Source: an uncultured Planctomycetia bacterium (GTDB lineage Bacteria; Omnitrophota; Gorgyraeia; Tantalellales; Tantalellaceae). Taken from it: a DNA stretch of 64,000 bases. Location of the stretch: NCBI GenBank assembly GCA_964527555.1, contig CAZGOG010000002.1:41698-105697 (forward strand). Direction: 5' to 3'. Below the pieces are notes generated by a model. The model was not told the origin of the DNA and searched no databases. It saw only the letters and a list, made by a program, of their open reading frames with translations. Below are positions 10,402 through 20,238 of this stretch, piece after piece. Position 1 is the first letter of the stretch. Each line of letters opens with the position of its first letter. Made by a program: the position numbers and the translations under genes.

Positions 10402-10962
10402 TTACGCCTTTACTTTGCCGTCCGCCACCCACTGGTCCACCTTGGACCTTTCAAACATCCATTCGCCGCCGTTCCTGGTGCCCGGAAGCATGCCGTTATT
10501 GACCCACTCGTTTACCTTGTGTGATTCGACTTCCAGGTATTCAGCAAGCTGATTTGCCGTCATCCAGTCACCCCTGGATGCGGAACCCGCGGATGGGTTC
10601 ATACCCTTCATGCGCAGCTGCCCGTTTATAAAAGCACCTTCCGATATGGAAATCCTGGGCGTTTCGACATCACCGTTAAGTTTTGCGCTTGCATCCAGCT
10701 TCAAAGTTTTGGTGGCCTTTATGTTGCCGTTTACAACGCCTGCGATCGAGATGGTCTCGCCGGTTATATCCGCTTTTATGTCGGCTTTCTCCCCGATCAT
10801 GAGAACACCCTTGGCATCCAGCTTACCCTCGAATCTGCCGCTTATCCTCAAGTTTACAGGATCATCGAAACGCAAGGTACCCTGCATGGTGGCGTTTACG
10901 TCCAGCACCTTCTCTTCTGGCTTACTCTGTACTACTACTTCTTCAGGTTTCCGTTTTCTCAT
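10402..10962 (-). CDS. Bactofilin (polymer-forming cytoskeletal) domain fused to C-terminal HTH_17-type domain
   Basis: Beta-helix repeats (LRISGRFEGKL, ISIAGVVNGNIKA, LNGDVETPRISISEGAFINGQLRM), then WMTANQLAEYLEV...LPGTRNGGEWMFERSKVDQW. Confidence 0.85.
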   Translation of the reverse strand: MRKRKPEEVVVQSKPEEKVLDVNATMQGTLRFDDPVNLRISGRFEGKLDAKGVLMIGEKADIKADITGETISIAGVVNGNIKATKTLKLDASAKLNGDVETPRISISEGAFINGQLRMKGMNPSAGSASRGDWMTANQLAEYLEVESHKVNEWVNNGMLPGTRNGGEWMFERSKVDQWVADGKVKA

Positions 10963-11005
10963 CGCGCCCTCCTTTTTCTCTTAAAAAGTTCATTTGTCTT
11001 TTCTA

Positions 11006-11665
11006 TCATCCCCATTTTACGCGTTCTACTCCCGCTAAAGACGAAATCTCAGAAACGATGTCTTTTTCATAAATACGCGGGACTAAAAGATCGAAAGCAA
11101 AATCTTCCTTAGTCCTGGTATCGTCCTTCTCGGACGAGACCCTTTTTATCCTGCCACCGCAAGACTCAATGGCATTCTTTATATCATCGGCGCTAGTACC
11201 CATATTGACGCTCATCCTGATGAGGAGTTTCTTGCCGCGCCGTTTGAGCGCCATCCGCTCTTCCAGCCGCGAAAGAATAAGGACTACAAGCACTACACCG
11301 GTGGCAATCCCGGCCGCTTCATACATACCGGCGCCCACAGCCAGCCCGATCGCGGAGACCGCCCATATACTCGCGGCGGTCGTCAGGCCCCTGACAGAGG
11401 CACCATACCTTATTATAGCACCTGCTCCCAAAAATCCAATACCTGTTACGACCCCGGCGGCTATCCTCGAAGGGTCGGCTTCACCTATATCCCCGTAACT
11501 GGCGGCGATCAGTATAGAAGTTATCATAAAAAGAGTCGACCCCACACAGACCAGTATATGAGTCCTGAGCCCCGCGGCGCAGCCGTGTATCTCGCGTTCC
11601 ATACCGATAATCGCGCTTAGAACCGCCGATATCACCAGTCTCAGAAAAATGATCGCACTTGGCAT
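11006..11665 (-). CDS. MgtC/SapB family membrane protein with ACT-like C-terminus
   Basis: IGMERE, AGLRTHILV, DPSRIAAGVVTGIGFLGAG, GLTTAASIW. Confidence 0.93.
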   Translation of the reverse strand: MPSAIIFLRLVISAVLSAIIGMEREIHGCAAGLRTHILVCVGSTLFMITSILIAASYGDIGEADPSRIAAGVVTGIGFLGAGAIIRYGASVRGLTTAASIWAVSAIGLAVGAGMYEAAGIATGVVLVVLILSRLEERMALKRRGKKLLIRMSVNMGTSADDIKNAIESCGGRIKRVSSEKDDTRTKEDFAFDLLVPRIYEKDIVSEISSLAGVERVKWG

Positions 11666-11694
11666 ACCCTTCCTCCTTCTTTAACTTGCCCTTT

Positions 11695-12705
11695 CTAGAA
11701 CGAGCCTGCTTTAGCGTTTAAAAAAAGATCTGACTCCTCTCCGCCGGTGAAAAGTTTTTCGCCCAGTATCGCGATCATCGCCGCGTTATCAGTGCAGTAT
11801 TCTTTTTTGGGAAGATAAAGCTCTATACCTTCGCGTTTTTTAAGCGCCAGGAGTCTCGCTCTGAGAGCTCCGTTACTCGTGACTCCGCCTCCCACAGCAA
11901 GCCTTTTAACCTTCGCAAAACGCATGGCTCTTAAGATCTTCTCCTCGATCACGTCTATGACAGCCTGCTGGAAAGAAAAAGAGATCCTGTCCTTCTCTCT
12001 TTCGGTCTTTTCCGAATCCTTCCAGTAATACATGACAGCAGTCTTAAGCCCGCTGAAACTGAAATCAAGGTCCGTTTCATCCTTAAGAAGGGCCCTCGGG
12101 AAATCTATAACGCCTTCTCCGGTAAACCTGGAAGCCCTTTCCTCCACGATAGGCCCGCCCGGGTATCCCAGATCAAGCATCTTGGCTACTTTATCAAAAG
12201 CCTCGCCCACCGCGTCGTCTTTCGTCCTACCTATAATATCAAATTTTTTCAAAGAATGGCAGATATATATGCTGGTGTGCCCGCCGGAGACCACCACACC
12301 CACAAAAGGGAATTTCCCCTTCAACTCACCGAGAGCCTCTCCTCCAAGAAAACAGGATAGAATATGACCGTAGAGGTGGTTCACGCCGATTATGGGCACC
12401 CGCCTTGCAAAACTGATCGCCTTGGCAAAAGCTATGCCTACAAGGAGGGATCCAGGCAGGCCCGGACCCTCGGTAACCGCCACCAGGTTAATATCTTCCG
12501 TGCATACCTTCGCGTCCTTCAAAGCTTTTTCCATGACTGAAAAAATATATTCGGCATGGAACCGCGAGGCTATTTCGGGGACAACTCCGCCGTAGTCCGA
12601 ATGAAGATGAACGCTTGAAGATACTTCGCTGGAAAGCACCCTGCCGTCTTCCACCACGGCTACCGCTGTCTCGTCACAGGAAGTCTCAATACCAAGAGTT
12701 TTCAT
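11695..12705 (-). CDS. tsaD: tRNA N6-adenosine threonylcarbamoyltransferase
   Basis: LGIETSCDET, GGVVPEIASRFH, VSGGHT, DDAVGEAFDK, FSFSGLKT, CTDNAAMIA. Confidence 0.98.
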   Translation of the reverse strand: MKTLGIETSCDETAVAVVEDGRVLSSEVSSSVHLHSDYGGVVPEIASRFHAEYIFSVMEKALKDAKVCTEDINLVAVTEGPGLPGSLLVGIAFAKAISFARRVPIIGVNHLYGHILSCFLGGEALGELKGKFPFVGVVVSGGHTSIYICHSLKKFDIIGRTKDDAVGEAFDKVAKMLDLGYPGGPIVEERASRFTGEGVIDFPRALLKDETDLDFSFSGLKTAVMYYWKDSEKTEREKDRISFSFQQAVIDVIEEKILRAMRFAKVKRLAVGGGVTSNGALRARLLALKKREGIELYLPKKEYCTDNAAMIAILGEKLFTGGEESDLFLNAKAGSF

Positions 12706-12718
12706 CTTTTTTAATCTT

Positions 12719-13573
12719 CTACTCTCTGTAATTTATTATTTCAGATAAACTGGCAAAATATATACCGCGCTCCTTCATGCCGGGGACGACTTCTTTAAGG
12801 ATACTGATCGTCAAGCTGCGGTCATGACCGATCCCGAGGGCTTTGCCCTTGACTGAAGCAATTCTTTCCAGCTCCTTAAGCTGCCCTTTTATATATTCTC
12901 CGTCGCTTCTATTATCGATAAATATATCCCGTCTGACATAGGGCACCTCCAGCTCTCGGGCGATATCCTCGCACACCGACTCTTCCGTCGTAAAAGAATC
13001 CAGGAAAAACGCATCTCTTTCCTTAAGGTCCTCCAGGACAAGTTCCATGAGATGCGCATCTTTAGTCGCTTTTGAACCCATATGGTTAGACACCCCTATA
13101 GCCGCCGGCACTGAGCGAAAATCATTGGCGATGATGTCCTTAACAAGCCCCTCATCCATTGCACAGCTGATAGTATCCTCTTCCAGGTACGGGGTCTCCC
13201 CTTCCGGCTCCATGGGTAGATGCAAAATGACTTCTGTACCGTTTTCTCTAGCGAAAGAGCATACCGCCCCGGCATAAGGCGTGTTCGGAAGCACCGCGAC
13301 CGTTATGCTTGCGTCTACCTCTTTGAGCGCATCCAGGTTTTTCTTGGAATATCCGAAATCATCCAGCACGATGACAACCGTGGACCTCGCACGAGACTCT
13401 TCAGGCAAGCTTTCCTCGGGCACTTCGGGATGCGAAAGAGGCGCACTCAGCGGAACTTCCTTTTCTGTGACAATCTTTCCCGCTTCTCTGGAGCGGAAGT
13501 TAATCAGCAAGACAACGCCCGCCGCCAGGACAAGCGCTATTACTAGTGCAAATCGGCGACTCACTATTCCCAC
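12719..13573 (-). CDS. Divergent polysaccharide deacetylase family protein (YibQ-like)
   Basis: IVLDDFG, ILHLPMEP, NHMGS, FLDS, RDIFID, IGH motifs; N-terminal TM; typical ctpA neighbour. Confidence 0.92.
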   Translation of the reverse strand: MGIVSRRFALVIALVLAAGVVLLINFRSREAGKIVTEKEVPLSAPLSHPEVPEESLPEESRARSTVVIVLDDFGYSKKNLDALKEVDASITVAVLPNTPYAGAVCSFARENGTEVILHLPMEPEGETPYLEEDTISCAMDEGLVKDIIANDFRSVPAAIGVSNHMGSKATKDAHLMELVLEDLKERDAFFLDSFTTEESVCEDIARELEVPYVRRDIFIDNRSDGEYIKGQLKELERIASVKGKALGIGHDRSLTISILKEVVPGMKERGIYFASLSEIINYRE

Positions 13574-13594
13574 TTTCTAAAGCCAGACAACATC

Positions 13595-14923
13595 TTAGTC
13601 CGATTTTTTCTGCTGGACGGTCGCCCCTTCGGCCGAATCAGAGGCTCTATATTCCTCAAAAACCCTTATCCCCTTAAGGATACTTACTGCCGCCTGTATC
13701 TGGTTGTCGTACTCTTTGGCTTTCTCTTCGCTCTTCTCTTTTTTGGGCTTTTCGACCTTCGCGAAAATGCCGGTTTTCTTTTCTTCCTTCTCTTCCTTCT
13801 CTTCTTTCACTTCGGGCTCGTTTGCTTTGACCCTTTTCACGCATACGTCCGGATCGACACCTTTATCCATTATATTCTTACCCGAAGGAGTAAAATAAGC
13901 CGCGGTCGTAAGACGTAAGGCTGATTTGTCTTCAAGCGGGATCACTGTCTGTACGGAAGCTTTGCCGAACGTGGTCACCCCCAGCATTAAAGCGCGCCTG
14001 TTGTCTTTCAGCGCACCCGCCAGAATCTCCGCGGCACTGGCGGAACCCTTGTTGACTAAGACGACAATATCCATATCGTCGAAATCGGGTTCCTTCTTTG
14101 ATTTAAAATCTATCCTCTTCTTGGGGTCGCGCCCTTCCGTATAGACTATCATGTCGCCCTGCTTGAGGAAAAGATCCGCCACTTCCACGCCGGCGTCAAG
14201 AAGCCCCCCGGGATTGTTGCGGATATCTATAATAAGACTTTTTGCCCCTTCCTTGCGGAGTTTCTTTATGGTTTCTCTTAAGTCTTTCGCGGTTCTTTCC
14301 TGGAACTCGATAAGTCTGACGTAACCTATATCCTCTTCGATGACTTCCGCGTCCTTAATGCTTTTAACCTTGATAATGGCGCGCGTTATCTTAAAATCCA
14401 GCATCTCTTCGGTCTCTTCGCGGACAACGGTTATAGTAACAGCCGTACCCGCCTCGCCTCGGAGTTTCCCGACTGCCTCGTCCAGCGTCATATCCCGTGT
14501 GACTTCATCGTCTATTTTTACGATCCTGTCGCCCGCTTCCACCCCCGCCTCATATGCGGGCGTGTCTTCCATCGGCGCAATAACGGTAAGCACTCCGTCG
14601 CGCATGCCTACCTCTATACCGAGTCCGCCAAACTCGCCTTTCGTCTCTTCCGTGATCTCCTTGAAGCTTTCAGGATCCAGAAACTGGCTATAACCGTCGA
14701 GTGTCTTCATCATCCCTTTTATAGCGCCGTACACCAGGTCCTTGACCTTTACCGGTTTCACGTAATCGGTGCTTATAAGGGTTATGGAATCGGCGAGAAG
14801 CTGCACCTGTCTGAAGAGTTCCTTGCCATTGTCGATGATGTCGCCTTCCTCCGCGCGGCTTATAAAGACAGAGAAAACCATAACTGACGCCAGTATCACT
14901 CCAACAAAAAATTTAACTTTCAT
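13595..14923 (-). CDS. ctpA: S41 family carboxyl-terminal processing protease
   Basis: Signal peptide, PDZ (GGLGIEV), DIRNNPGGLL, SASAAEILAGAL, TFGKASVQ. Confidence 0.94.
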   Translation of the reverse strand: MKVKFFVGVILASVMVFSVFISRAEEGDIIDNGKELFRQVQLLADSITLISTDYVKPVKVKDLVYGAIKGMMKTLDGYSQFLDPESFKEITEETKGEFGGLGIEVGMRDGVLTVIAPMEDTPAYEAGVEAGDRIVKIDDEVTRDMTLDEAVGKLRGEAGTAVTITVVREETEEMLDFKITRAIIKVKSIKDAEVIEEDIGYVRLIEFQERTAKDLRETIKKLRKEGAKSLIIDIRNNPGGLLDAGVEVADLFLKQGDMIVYTEGRDPKKRIDFKSKKEPDFDDMDIVVLVNKGSASAAEILAGALKDNRRALMLGVTTFGKASVQTVIPLEDKSALRLTTAAYFTPSGKNIMDKGVDPDVCVKRVKANEPEVKEEKEEKEEKKTGIFAKVEKPKKEKSEEKAKEYDNQIQAAVSILKGIRVFEEYRASDSAEGATVQQKKSD

Positions 14924-14953
14924 AAAATTATCTCCCCCTGTATTTTTATCCTC

Positions 14954-16393
14954 TTATGCTTCAAGTCTTTTTCTGAGCATCTCTCCGGCAAGTTTCGGGT
15001 TTGCTTTGCCTTTGGTCTTCTTCATCACCTGCCCCACAAGAAAAGCCAGAGCGTTAGCCTTACCGCCTCTAAAATCATTCGCACCCTTTTCGTTCTCTTT
15101 GATCACTTCATCGACTGCGCTATTAAGCGCTCCTTCGTCGGAGACCTGCTCAAGAGCCTTTTCCCTGACGATCACACCGGGAGCCTTGCCGGTCTCGATG
15201 GAGGCGGTCAGCACCTCTTTGCCCGAAAGCCCGCTTATAACACCGCTATCGACCATCTTTATCAGCTCCGCCAGGTCATGCGCGCTGATGCCGAGCGCCT
15301 TTACGCCGGCACTGCGTTCCTTGATATGCCGCATTATCTCGCCCTTTATCCAGTTGCATACGACCTGGGGTTTATTAAAATGCCCTAAGGTCTCCTCGTA
15401 AAAATCCGCTATATCCCTCTCGGAAACAAGCGCCTCTACGTCTTTCGCGGATAACTTGTACGTTTCACTGAAGCGCTTCTGCTTCTTTTGCGGGCCTTCC
15501 GGCATGCTTGCGCGCACTTCTTCCACTAAAGAGGCGCTTACCTCGAAAGGGACGAGATCCGGCTCCGGAAAATACCGGTAATCCTGGGCTTCTTCTTTCC
15601 TCCTCATCGAAAGCGTAACCATCTTCTTTTCGTCCCAGAGACGCGTCTCCTGGATTATTTCTTCGCCGCTATCAAGCGCCTCCCGCTGGCGCTCCTGTTC
15701 AAAGCCAAGAGCGTCCCTCACAGCTTTAAAGGAGTTCAGGTTCTTTATCTCCACTTTGCTGCCGAACTTTTTCTCGCCCTTTTTCCTGAGCGAGATATTG
15801 GCATCGCATCTTAAACTGCCTTCCTCCATATTGCAATCCGATACGTCCAGGTACTTTATTATCTGCTTTATCGTGGTTAGATATGTATACGCCTCTTCCG
15901 GAGTGCGTAAGTCCGGTTCCGAGACGATCTCAAGCAGCGGCGTGCCCGTACGGTTCAGGTCCACATAACTAAACGGCGCTCTCTCGTCATGAATAAGCTT
16001 GCCCGCATCCTCCTCCATATGCGCGCGCGTAATCCCTATGTCTTTCAACCCGCCATCTTCAGCGGTTATCGTAACTTTGCCGTTATACGCGAGCGGCATG
16101 TCGTACTGGCTTATCTGATAGTTCTTGGGCAGGTCCGGATAATAATAGTTTTTCCGGTCGAATTTGACCGTTTTCTGGATGTCACAATCGAGCGCGATCG
16201 CGACTTTTATCGCGTACTCGAAAGCTTTCCTGTTAAGAACGGGAAGCACCCCCGGCAGGCCCAGGCACACGGGGCAAACCTCTGTATTAGGCTCCGCGCC
16301 GAAGATGAGGCTGCATCCGCAAAAAGCCTTAGTCTTTGTCGAAAGCTGCAGGTGCACTTCAAGTCCTATTACTGTCTCGTATTTTCCGTTCAT
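14954..16393 (-). CDS. gatB: Asp/Glu-tRNA amidotransferase subunit B
   Basis: VIGLEVH, FDRKNYYYPDLPKNYQISQ, MEEGSLRCDANIS, DYRYFPEPDL. Confidence 0.99.
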   Translation of the reverse strand: MNGKYETVIGLEVHLQLSTKTKAFCGCSLIFGAEPNTEVCPVCLGLPGVLPVLNRKAFEYAIKVAIALDCDIQKTVKFDRKNYYYPDLPKNYQISQYDMPLAYNGKVTITAEDGGLKDIGITRAHMEEDAGKLIHDERAPFSYVDLNRTGTPLLEIVSEPDLRTPEEAYTYLTTIKQIIKYLDVSDCNMEEGSLRCDANISLRKKGEKKFGSKVEIKNLNSFKAVRDALGFEQERQREALDSGEEIIQETRLWDEKKMVTLSMRRKEEAQDYRYFPEPDLVPFEVSASLVEEVRASMPEGPQKKQKRFSETYKLSAKDVEALVSERDIADFYEETLGHFNKPQVVCNWIKGEIMRHIKERSAGVKALGISAHDLAELIKMVDSGVISGLSGKEVLTASIETGKAPGVIVREKALEQVSDEGALNSAVDEVIKENEKGANDFRGGKANALAFLVGQVMKKTKGKANPKLAGEMLRKRLEA

Positions 16394-16398
16394 CTCAT

Positions 16399-17859
16399 CT
16401 AACCGCTTTTCTTCTGGCCCGAAAACATCTTATGATGGTCGGTTGCCCTTTCAAAGGCATGTGCCGCTTTTATAAGTGTCTCTTCATTAAAGGGTGAAGC
16501 CATAAGCTGCAGGCCCACCGGAAGATCGTTCTCGCCCATACCGCAGGGTATGGAGACAGCGGGAAGCCCCGCAAGGTTTGCCGGTATGGTAAAAATGTCT
16601 GAAAGGTACATCTTAAGCGGATCGTCCGTCCTCTCTCCGATCTTAAAAGCAGTCGTCGGCGAGGTAGGCGTCAGTATACAGTCGCAGGATTTAAACGCTT
16701 CACGGAAATCATCCGAGATCTTGGTGCGGACTTTCTGCGCCTTGAGGTAATACTCTTCATAATAGCCGCTGCTTAAAGAATACGTCCCCAGAAGTATCCT
16801 TCTTTTAGCCTCCTCTCCGAAACCCTCGTTCCTCGTGGCGATATACATCTCTATGAGACTGACGGCTTTACCGGACCTGTAGCCGTAATGCACGCCGTCA
16901 TACCGTGCGAGATTGGAACTGGCTTCGGCTGGAGCTATGATGTAATAACAGCTTACCGCGTATTTTGTATGCGGAAGGGATATACGGGTCGTCCTGGCGC
17001 CGAGCTTTTTAAAAACGTCAATAGCCCCGTCAATGCGGCTTTTCACGCCCGCATCTATACCCGGAGGAAAATACTCGCTTGGTATACCGATCGTAAGACC
17101 CTTTATATCCTTGTTGAGGCTCTCCGTATAGCGTGGAACGCTTCTGTTAACGGAGGTTGAATCTTTTTCGTCATAGCCGGATATGACTTCAAGGATAGAC
17201 GCGCAGTCAGAGACGTTGCGTGTTATCGGCCCTATCTGGTCGAGACTGGAAGCAAACGCGATCAAACCATAACGTGAGACGCGGCCGTAAGTGGGCTTAA
17301 GCCCTACAACGCCGCACATGGAAGCGGGCTGCCTGATCGAGCCTCCCGTGTCAGATCCCAGTGCCGCCACCACCTCACCCGCCGCAACAGCCGCCGCCGA
17401 ACCGCCGCTGGAGCCGCCCGGGATGCGCCCGGTATCCCACGGGTTGTGTGTAGGCCCGTAATAAGAAGTCTCACAGGAAGAGCCGAAAGCAAACTCGTCC
17501 ATATTGGCCCCGCCGATTATAAGCGCCTTTTCCTTTTCCAGTTTTTCGATAACTGTCGCGTTGTACGGCGGACGAAAGCCCTCAAGCACATGCGAAGCGC
17601 ACGTGGTAAGCTCCCCTTTTATGCAGATATTGTTCTTGATAGCTATGGGGACGCCCCGGAGTAAACCCCGGCGGCCGGCTTTATCGAGATTTTGCGCCCG
17701 CTTTATAACGTTTTTGGAGTCAAGACAGGCAAAAGCCTTGATTTTCTTGTCGATAACGGCGATCCTGTCCGTTAAAGCGCGCGCAGTATCAGCCAGCGGC
17801 TCTTTGCGTTCTTCCAGCCATCTTTTAAAATCGCTTATGCTTGAAGATATATCTTCCAT
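16399..17859 (-). CDS. gatA: Asp/Glu-tRNA amidotransferase subunit A
   Basis: Amidase signature [33 protein letters not shown]. Confidence 0.98.
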   Translation of the reverse strand: MEDISSSISDFKRWLEERKEPLADTARALTDRIAVIDKKIKAFACLDSKNVIKRAQNLDKAGRRGLLRGVPIAIKNNICIKGELTTCASHVLEGFRPPYNATVIEKLEKEKALIIGGANMDEFAFGSSCETSYYGPTHNPWDTGRIPGGSSGGSAAAVAAGEVVAALGSDTGGSIRQPASMCGVVGLKPTYGRVSRYGLIAFASSLDQIGPITRNVSDCASILEVISGYDEKDSTSVNRSVPRYTESLNKDIKGLTIGIPSEYFPPGIDAGVKSRIDGAIDVFKKLGARTTRISLPHTKYAVSCYYIIAPAEASSNLARYDGVHYGYRSGKAVSLIEMYIATRNEGFGEEAKRRILLGTYSLSSGYYEEYYLKAQKVRTKISDDFREAFKSCDCILTPTSPTTAFKIGERTDDPLKMYLSDIFTIPANLAGLPAVSIPCGMGENDLPVGLQLMASPFNEETLIKAAHAFERATDHHKMFSGQKKSG

Positions 17860-17860
17860 A

Positions 17861-18178
17861 TCAGGCGTCTTCTATTATCTTGGGGACTTTAAAGAAACCG
17901 TCTTTCCTTGCAGGCGCATTGCTCAGGGCTTCTTCCGTCGGAAGAGGCTCTGCCGGTTCGTCTTCACGGAATACGTTTTTCATGGACGTAAGAACATGTG
18001 TAGTCGGAAGGGTGCCTTCGGTGTCGACTTCGCCCAGCTGCGCTATATACTCCAGGATCTGCGAAAGCTGCCCCCTGAACTTCACAAGGTCTTCTTCCTT
18101 GAGGCTCAGGCGCGCAAGTCTTGCAACGTACCTGACGAGATCCTCTGTGATCGCTGTTTTTTTGTCGGCGTGCTCCAT
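17861..18178 (-). CDS. gatC: Asp/Glu-tRNA amidotransferase subunit C
   Basis: VRYVARLARL...FRED...ALSNAP...FFKVPKII; upstream of gatA. Confidence 0.96.
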   Translation of the reverse strand: MEHADKKTAITEDLVRYVARLARLSLKEEDLVKFRGQLSQILEYIAQLGEVDTEGTLPTTHVLTSMKNVFREDEPAEPLPTEEALSNAPARKDGFFKVPKIIEDA

Positions 18179-18234
18179 ATTGCCATTACCCTAACATAAT
18201 AATAAATGAAAGTCAATATTACATATATGCTAAA

Positions 18235-19092
18235 TCATGCTTTTCGCCCCGCGAAACGCTCACCTGCCGCATCAGAAACCCTGGCGTAATCCTCCAGAGA
18301 AAGTGATTCCGCGCGGCTTGCCGGATCGATACCGCAGCTCTCGAACAATCTTATCCAGTCGTCTCTTGTCATCGAGGCGAAATCTCCCTGCGAAAGGGGG
18401 TTGACGGCTTTTTTCCTTCTTTGGGAAAAAGCCTTGCGCACGATCCTGAACATGAGAGCCTCATCCGTGACTTTTACGCTTGGCTCACTCAGCACCTTAA
18501 GCTCAACTAGATGCGAGTCTACCCGGGGTCTGGGATAAAAGGAGTTCTTCTTGATCCTAAAGAGTTTTTTCACCTCCATATAAAACTGGACAAAGCAGCT
18601 TATGGACCCGTAAACGCGGCTGCCGCTGGAAGAAGCTATCCGTTCGGCAAGTTCCTCCTGTATCACCAGATAAACCGCATCGATACATTTCCTCTGGCGG
18701 ATCATCTTCTCGATCACGGGAGTTGATATGTAGTACGGGATGTTCCCGAAAACCGTCAAAGCCCCGCTATCTTTCGCCAGAGCGCATATATCGACATCCA
18801 GGATGCTCGCTTCGATAAGCGTTATATCCTTCTCTCTAAAGCGTTCAGCCATTATCCCGCATATTCGCCTGTCCTTCTCAACCGCAAAGAGCTTCCCGCA
18901 CATGGCGGCAAGCTCGAACGACATGACGCCGAAACCCGCTCCTATCTCGAGGACTCTCTTTGAAGAGTCGACGCAAAGCGCCTTTAAGATATTGTCTCTT
19001 ACGTTTTTATCGATCAGAAAGTTCTGGCCCAGTTTCTTGTTGGGACGGAAATCTTCCTCTCGCCATAACGCTTTAAGTTCTTTTAAGTCCAT
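18235..19092 (-). CDS. rsmA: 16S rRNA dimethyladenosine transferase
   Basis: KKLGQNFL, LEIGAG, GNIPYYIS, FSQRRK. Start placed at MDLKE (19092) because the longer ORF start lies inside the repeat element. Confidence 0.96.
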   Translation of the reverse strand: MDLKELKALWREEDFRPNKKLGQNFLIDKNVRDNILKALCVDSSKRVLEIGAGFGVMSFELAAMCGKLFAVEKDRRICGIMAERFREKDITLIEASILDVDICALAKDSGALTVFGNIPYYISTPVIEKMIRQRKCIDAVYLVIQEELAERIASSSGSRVYGSISCFVQFYMEVKKLFRIKKNSFYPRPRVDSHLVELKVLSEPSVKVTDEALMFRIVRKAFSQRRKKAVNPLSQGDFASMTRDDWIRLFESCGIDPASRAESLSLEDYARVSDAAGERFAGRKA

Positions 19093-19110
19093 GTTTAGAT
19101 TGTCTTTAAC

Positions 19111-19228
19111 GTGAAGCTCCATGGGCTAACGCCCATGGCATCCACAGTTTCAGTCTTTCCGTCAAGCGGAATCCTGCACCGAAGGCCATTCATCCACGCC
19201 CTTACGGGCGTGGCCTTCCGGTGCATGG
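19111..19228 (-). mobile_element. Miniature IS200/IS605-like palindromic element, copy A (118 nt), in the 3' end of pdxA
   Basis: Near-identical to three other copies; on the minus strand starts after TTTGC and ends TTCAC; hairpins CCACGCCC-N4-GGGCGTGG and CCATGGGC-GTTA-GCCCATGG. Confidence 0.85.
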
Positions 19229-20238
19229 GCAAAAAGAGCCCGTGCGGCAAGTTTGATGGCCTGCTTCATAGAACCGGCCCTTGCGATACCCTTGCCGGCT
19301 ATATCAAAAGCAGTGCCGTGATCTGGTGAGGTCCTCACATGCCCCAGTCCCAGTGTCATATTGACACCGGTATCAAAATCCACCATCTTAAAAGGCGCAA
19401 GACACTGGTCATGGTACATGGAAACAACGATATCGATTTTTTTCTCTCTCGCTTTATGAAAGATCACATCCGCCGATATGGGGCCCTGGATATTTTTATA
19501 GACAGCTTTAGCCTTCTCGACCGCCGGCAGTATCATATCGATTTCCTCGGTGCCTATCTTCCCCCCTTCGCCGCAATGCGGATTTAAGGCAGAGACGCCT
19601 ATTACCGCATCCTCCTTGCCGCATATGATCTTGCGGTTTTCAACAACCTGTTTAAGAGTCTCCACGATAAGATCCACACTCAGACTGGAGGCGACTGCCT
19701 TTAAGGGAATGTGGCGCGTTACCGGAGCGACGCATAAAGTCTCTCCGGCAAGGACCATGGTAACGTGCGCAGCGGAATACGCTTCCTGGAGATACTCGGT
19801 ATGCCCTATAAAGCCCGGTTTGATCCTGGCCGTCCTCTCCTTGCTGAGGGGCGCGGTAACCAGTGCTGCGCCCGCCCCGCTTGAAGCCTGCATCAGAGTA
19901 ACGGCGCTGGCCAGCGCATCAAGCGCCTTACGGGCGCCCTCCTCGCTGGGAGTACCCGGAACGGTATTTTTTAAAGGAGTGGTGGGATCAATTATGTTTA
20001 CAGCTTCTTCATCTAAAAGGATCTTTCCGGAGGCGTTGTCATGATGCACCTTGATATTGCCCTCATACACACCGGCTGCGGCCCTTTCCATGACGCCGGA
20101 GTCCCCCACAATGACAAAAACGGCAAGCCCTTTGATTTCGGGGCTTGCCATCGCCTTCATGATCACTTCCGGGCCTATGCCGGAAGGATCTCCCATAGTT
20201 ATAAAAATCTGCGGTTTACTTGTAGGAGATATACGCAT
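19162..20238 (-). CDS. pdxA: 4-hydroxythreonine-4-phosphate dehydrogenase; C-terminus supplied by the repeat element
   Basis: TMGDPSGIGPE, GHTE, ALNPHCGE, MYHDQ, RTSPDHGTAFDIAG. Confidence 0.96.
   Translation of the reverse strand: MRISPTSKPQIFITMGDPSGIGPEVIMKAMASPEIKGLAVFVIVGDSGVMERAAAGVYEGNIKVHHDNASGKILLDEEAVNIIDPTTPLKNTVPGTPSEEGARKALDALASAVTLMQASSGAGAALVTAPLSKERTARIKPGFIGHTEYLQEAYSAAHVTMVLAGETLCVAPVTRHIPLKAVASSLSVDLIVETLKQVVENRKIICGKEDAVIGVSALNPHCGEGGKIGTEEIDMILPAVEKAKAVYKNIQGPISADVIFHKAREKKIDIVVSMYHDQCLAPFKMVDFDTGVNMTLGLGHVRTSPDHGTAFDIAGKGIARAGSMKQAIKLAARALFAHAPEGHARKGVDEWPSVQDSA

Noticed and set aside
10035-10962. Prophage or ICE remnant suggested by excisionase-like HTHs
   Set aside because: No integrase, att repeats or phage genes; the pair is tightly embedded in a housekeeping operon.
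19111-19329. ORFs sharing VKLHGLTPMASTVS (also 43870-44229) that look like a small protein family
   Set aside because: The similarity comes only from translation of the repeated element, antisense to real genes.
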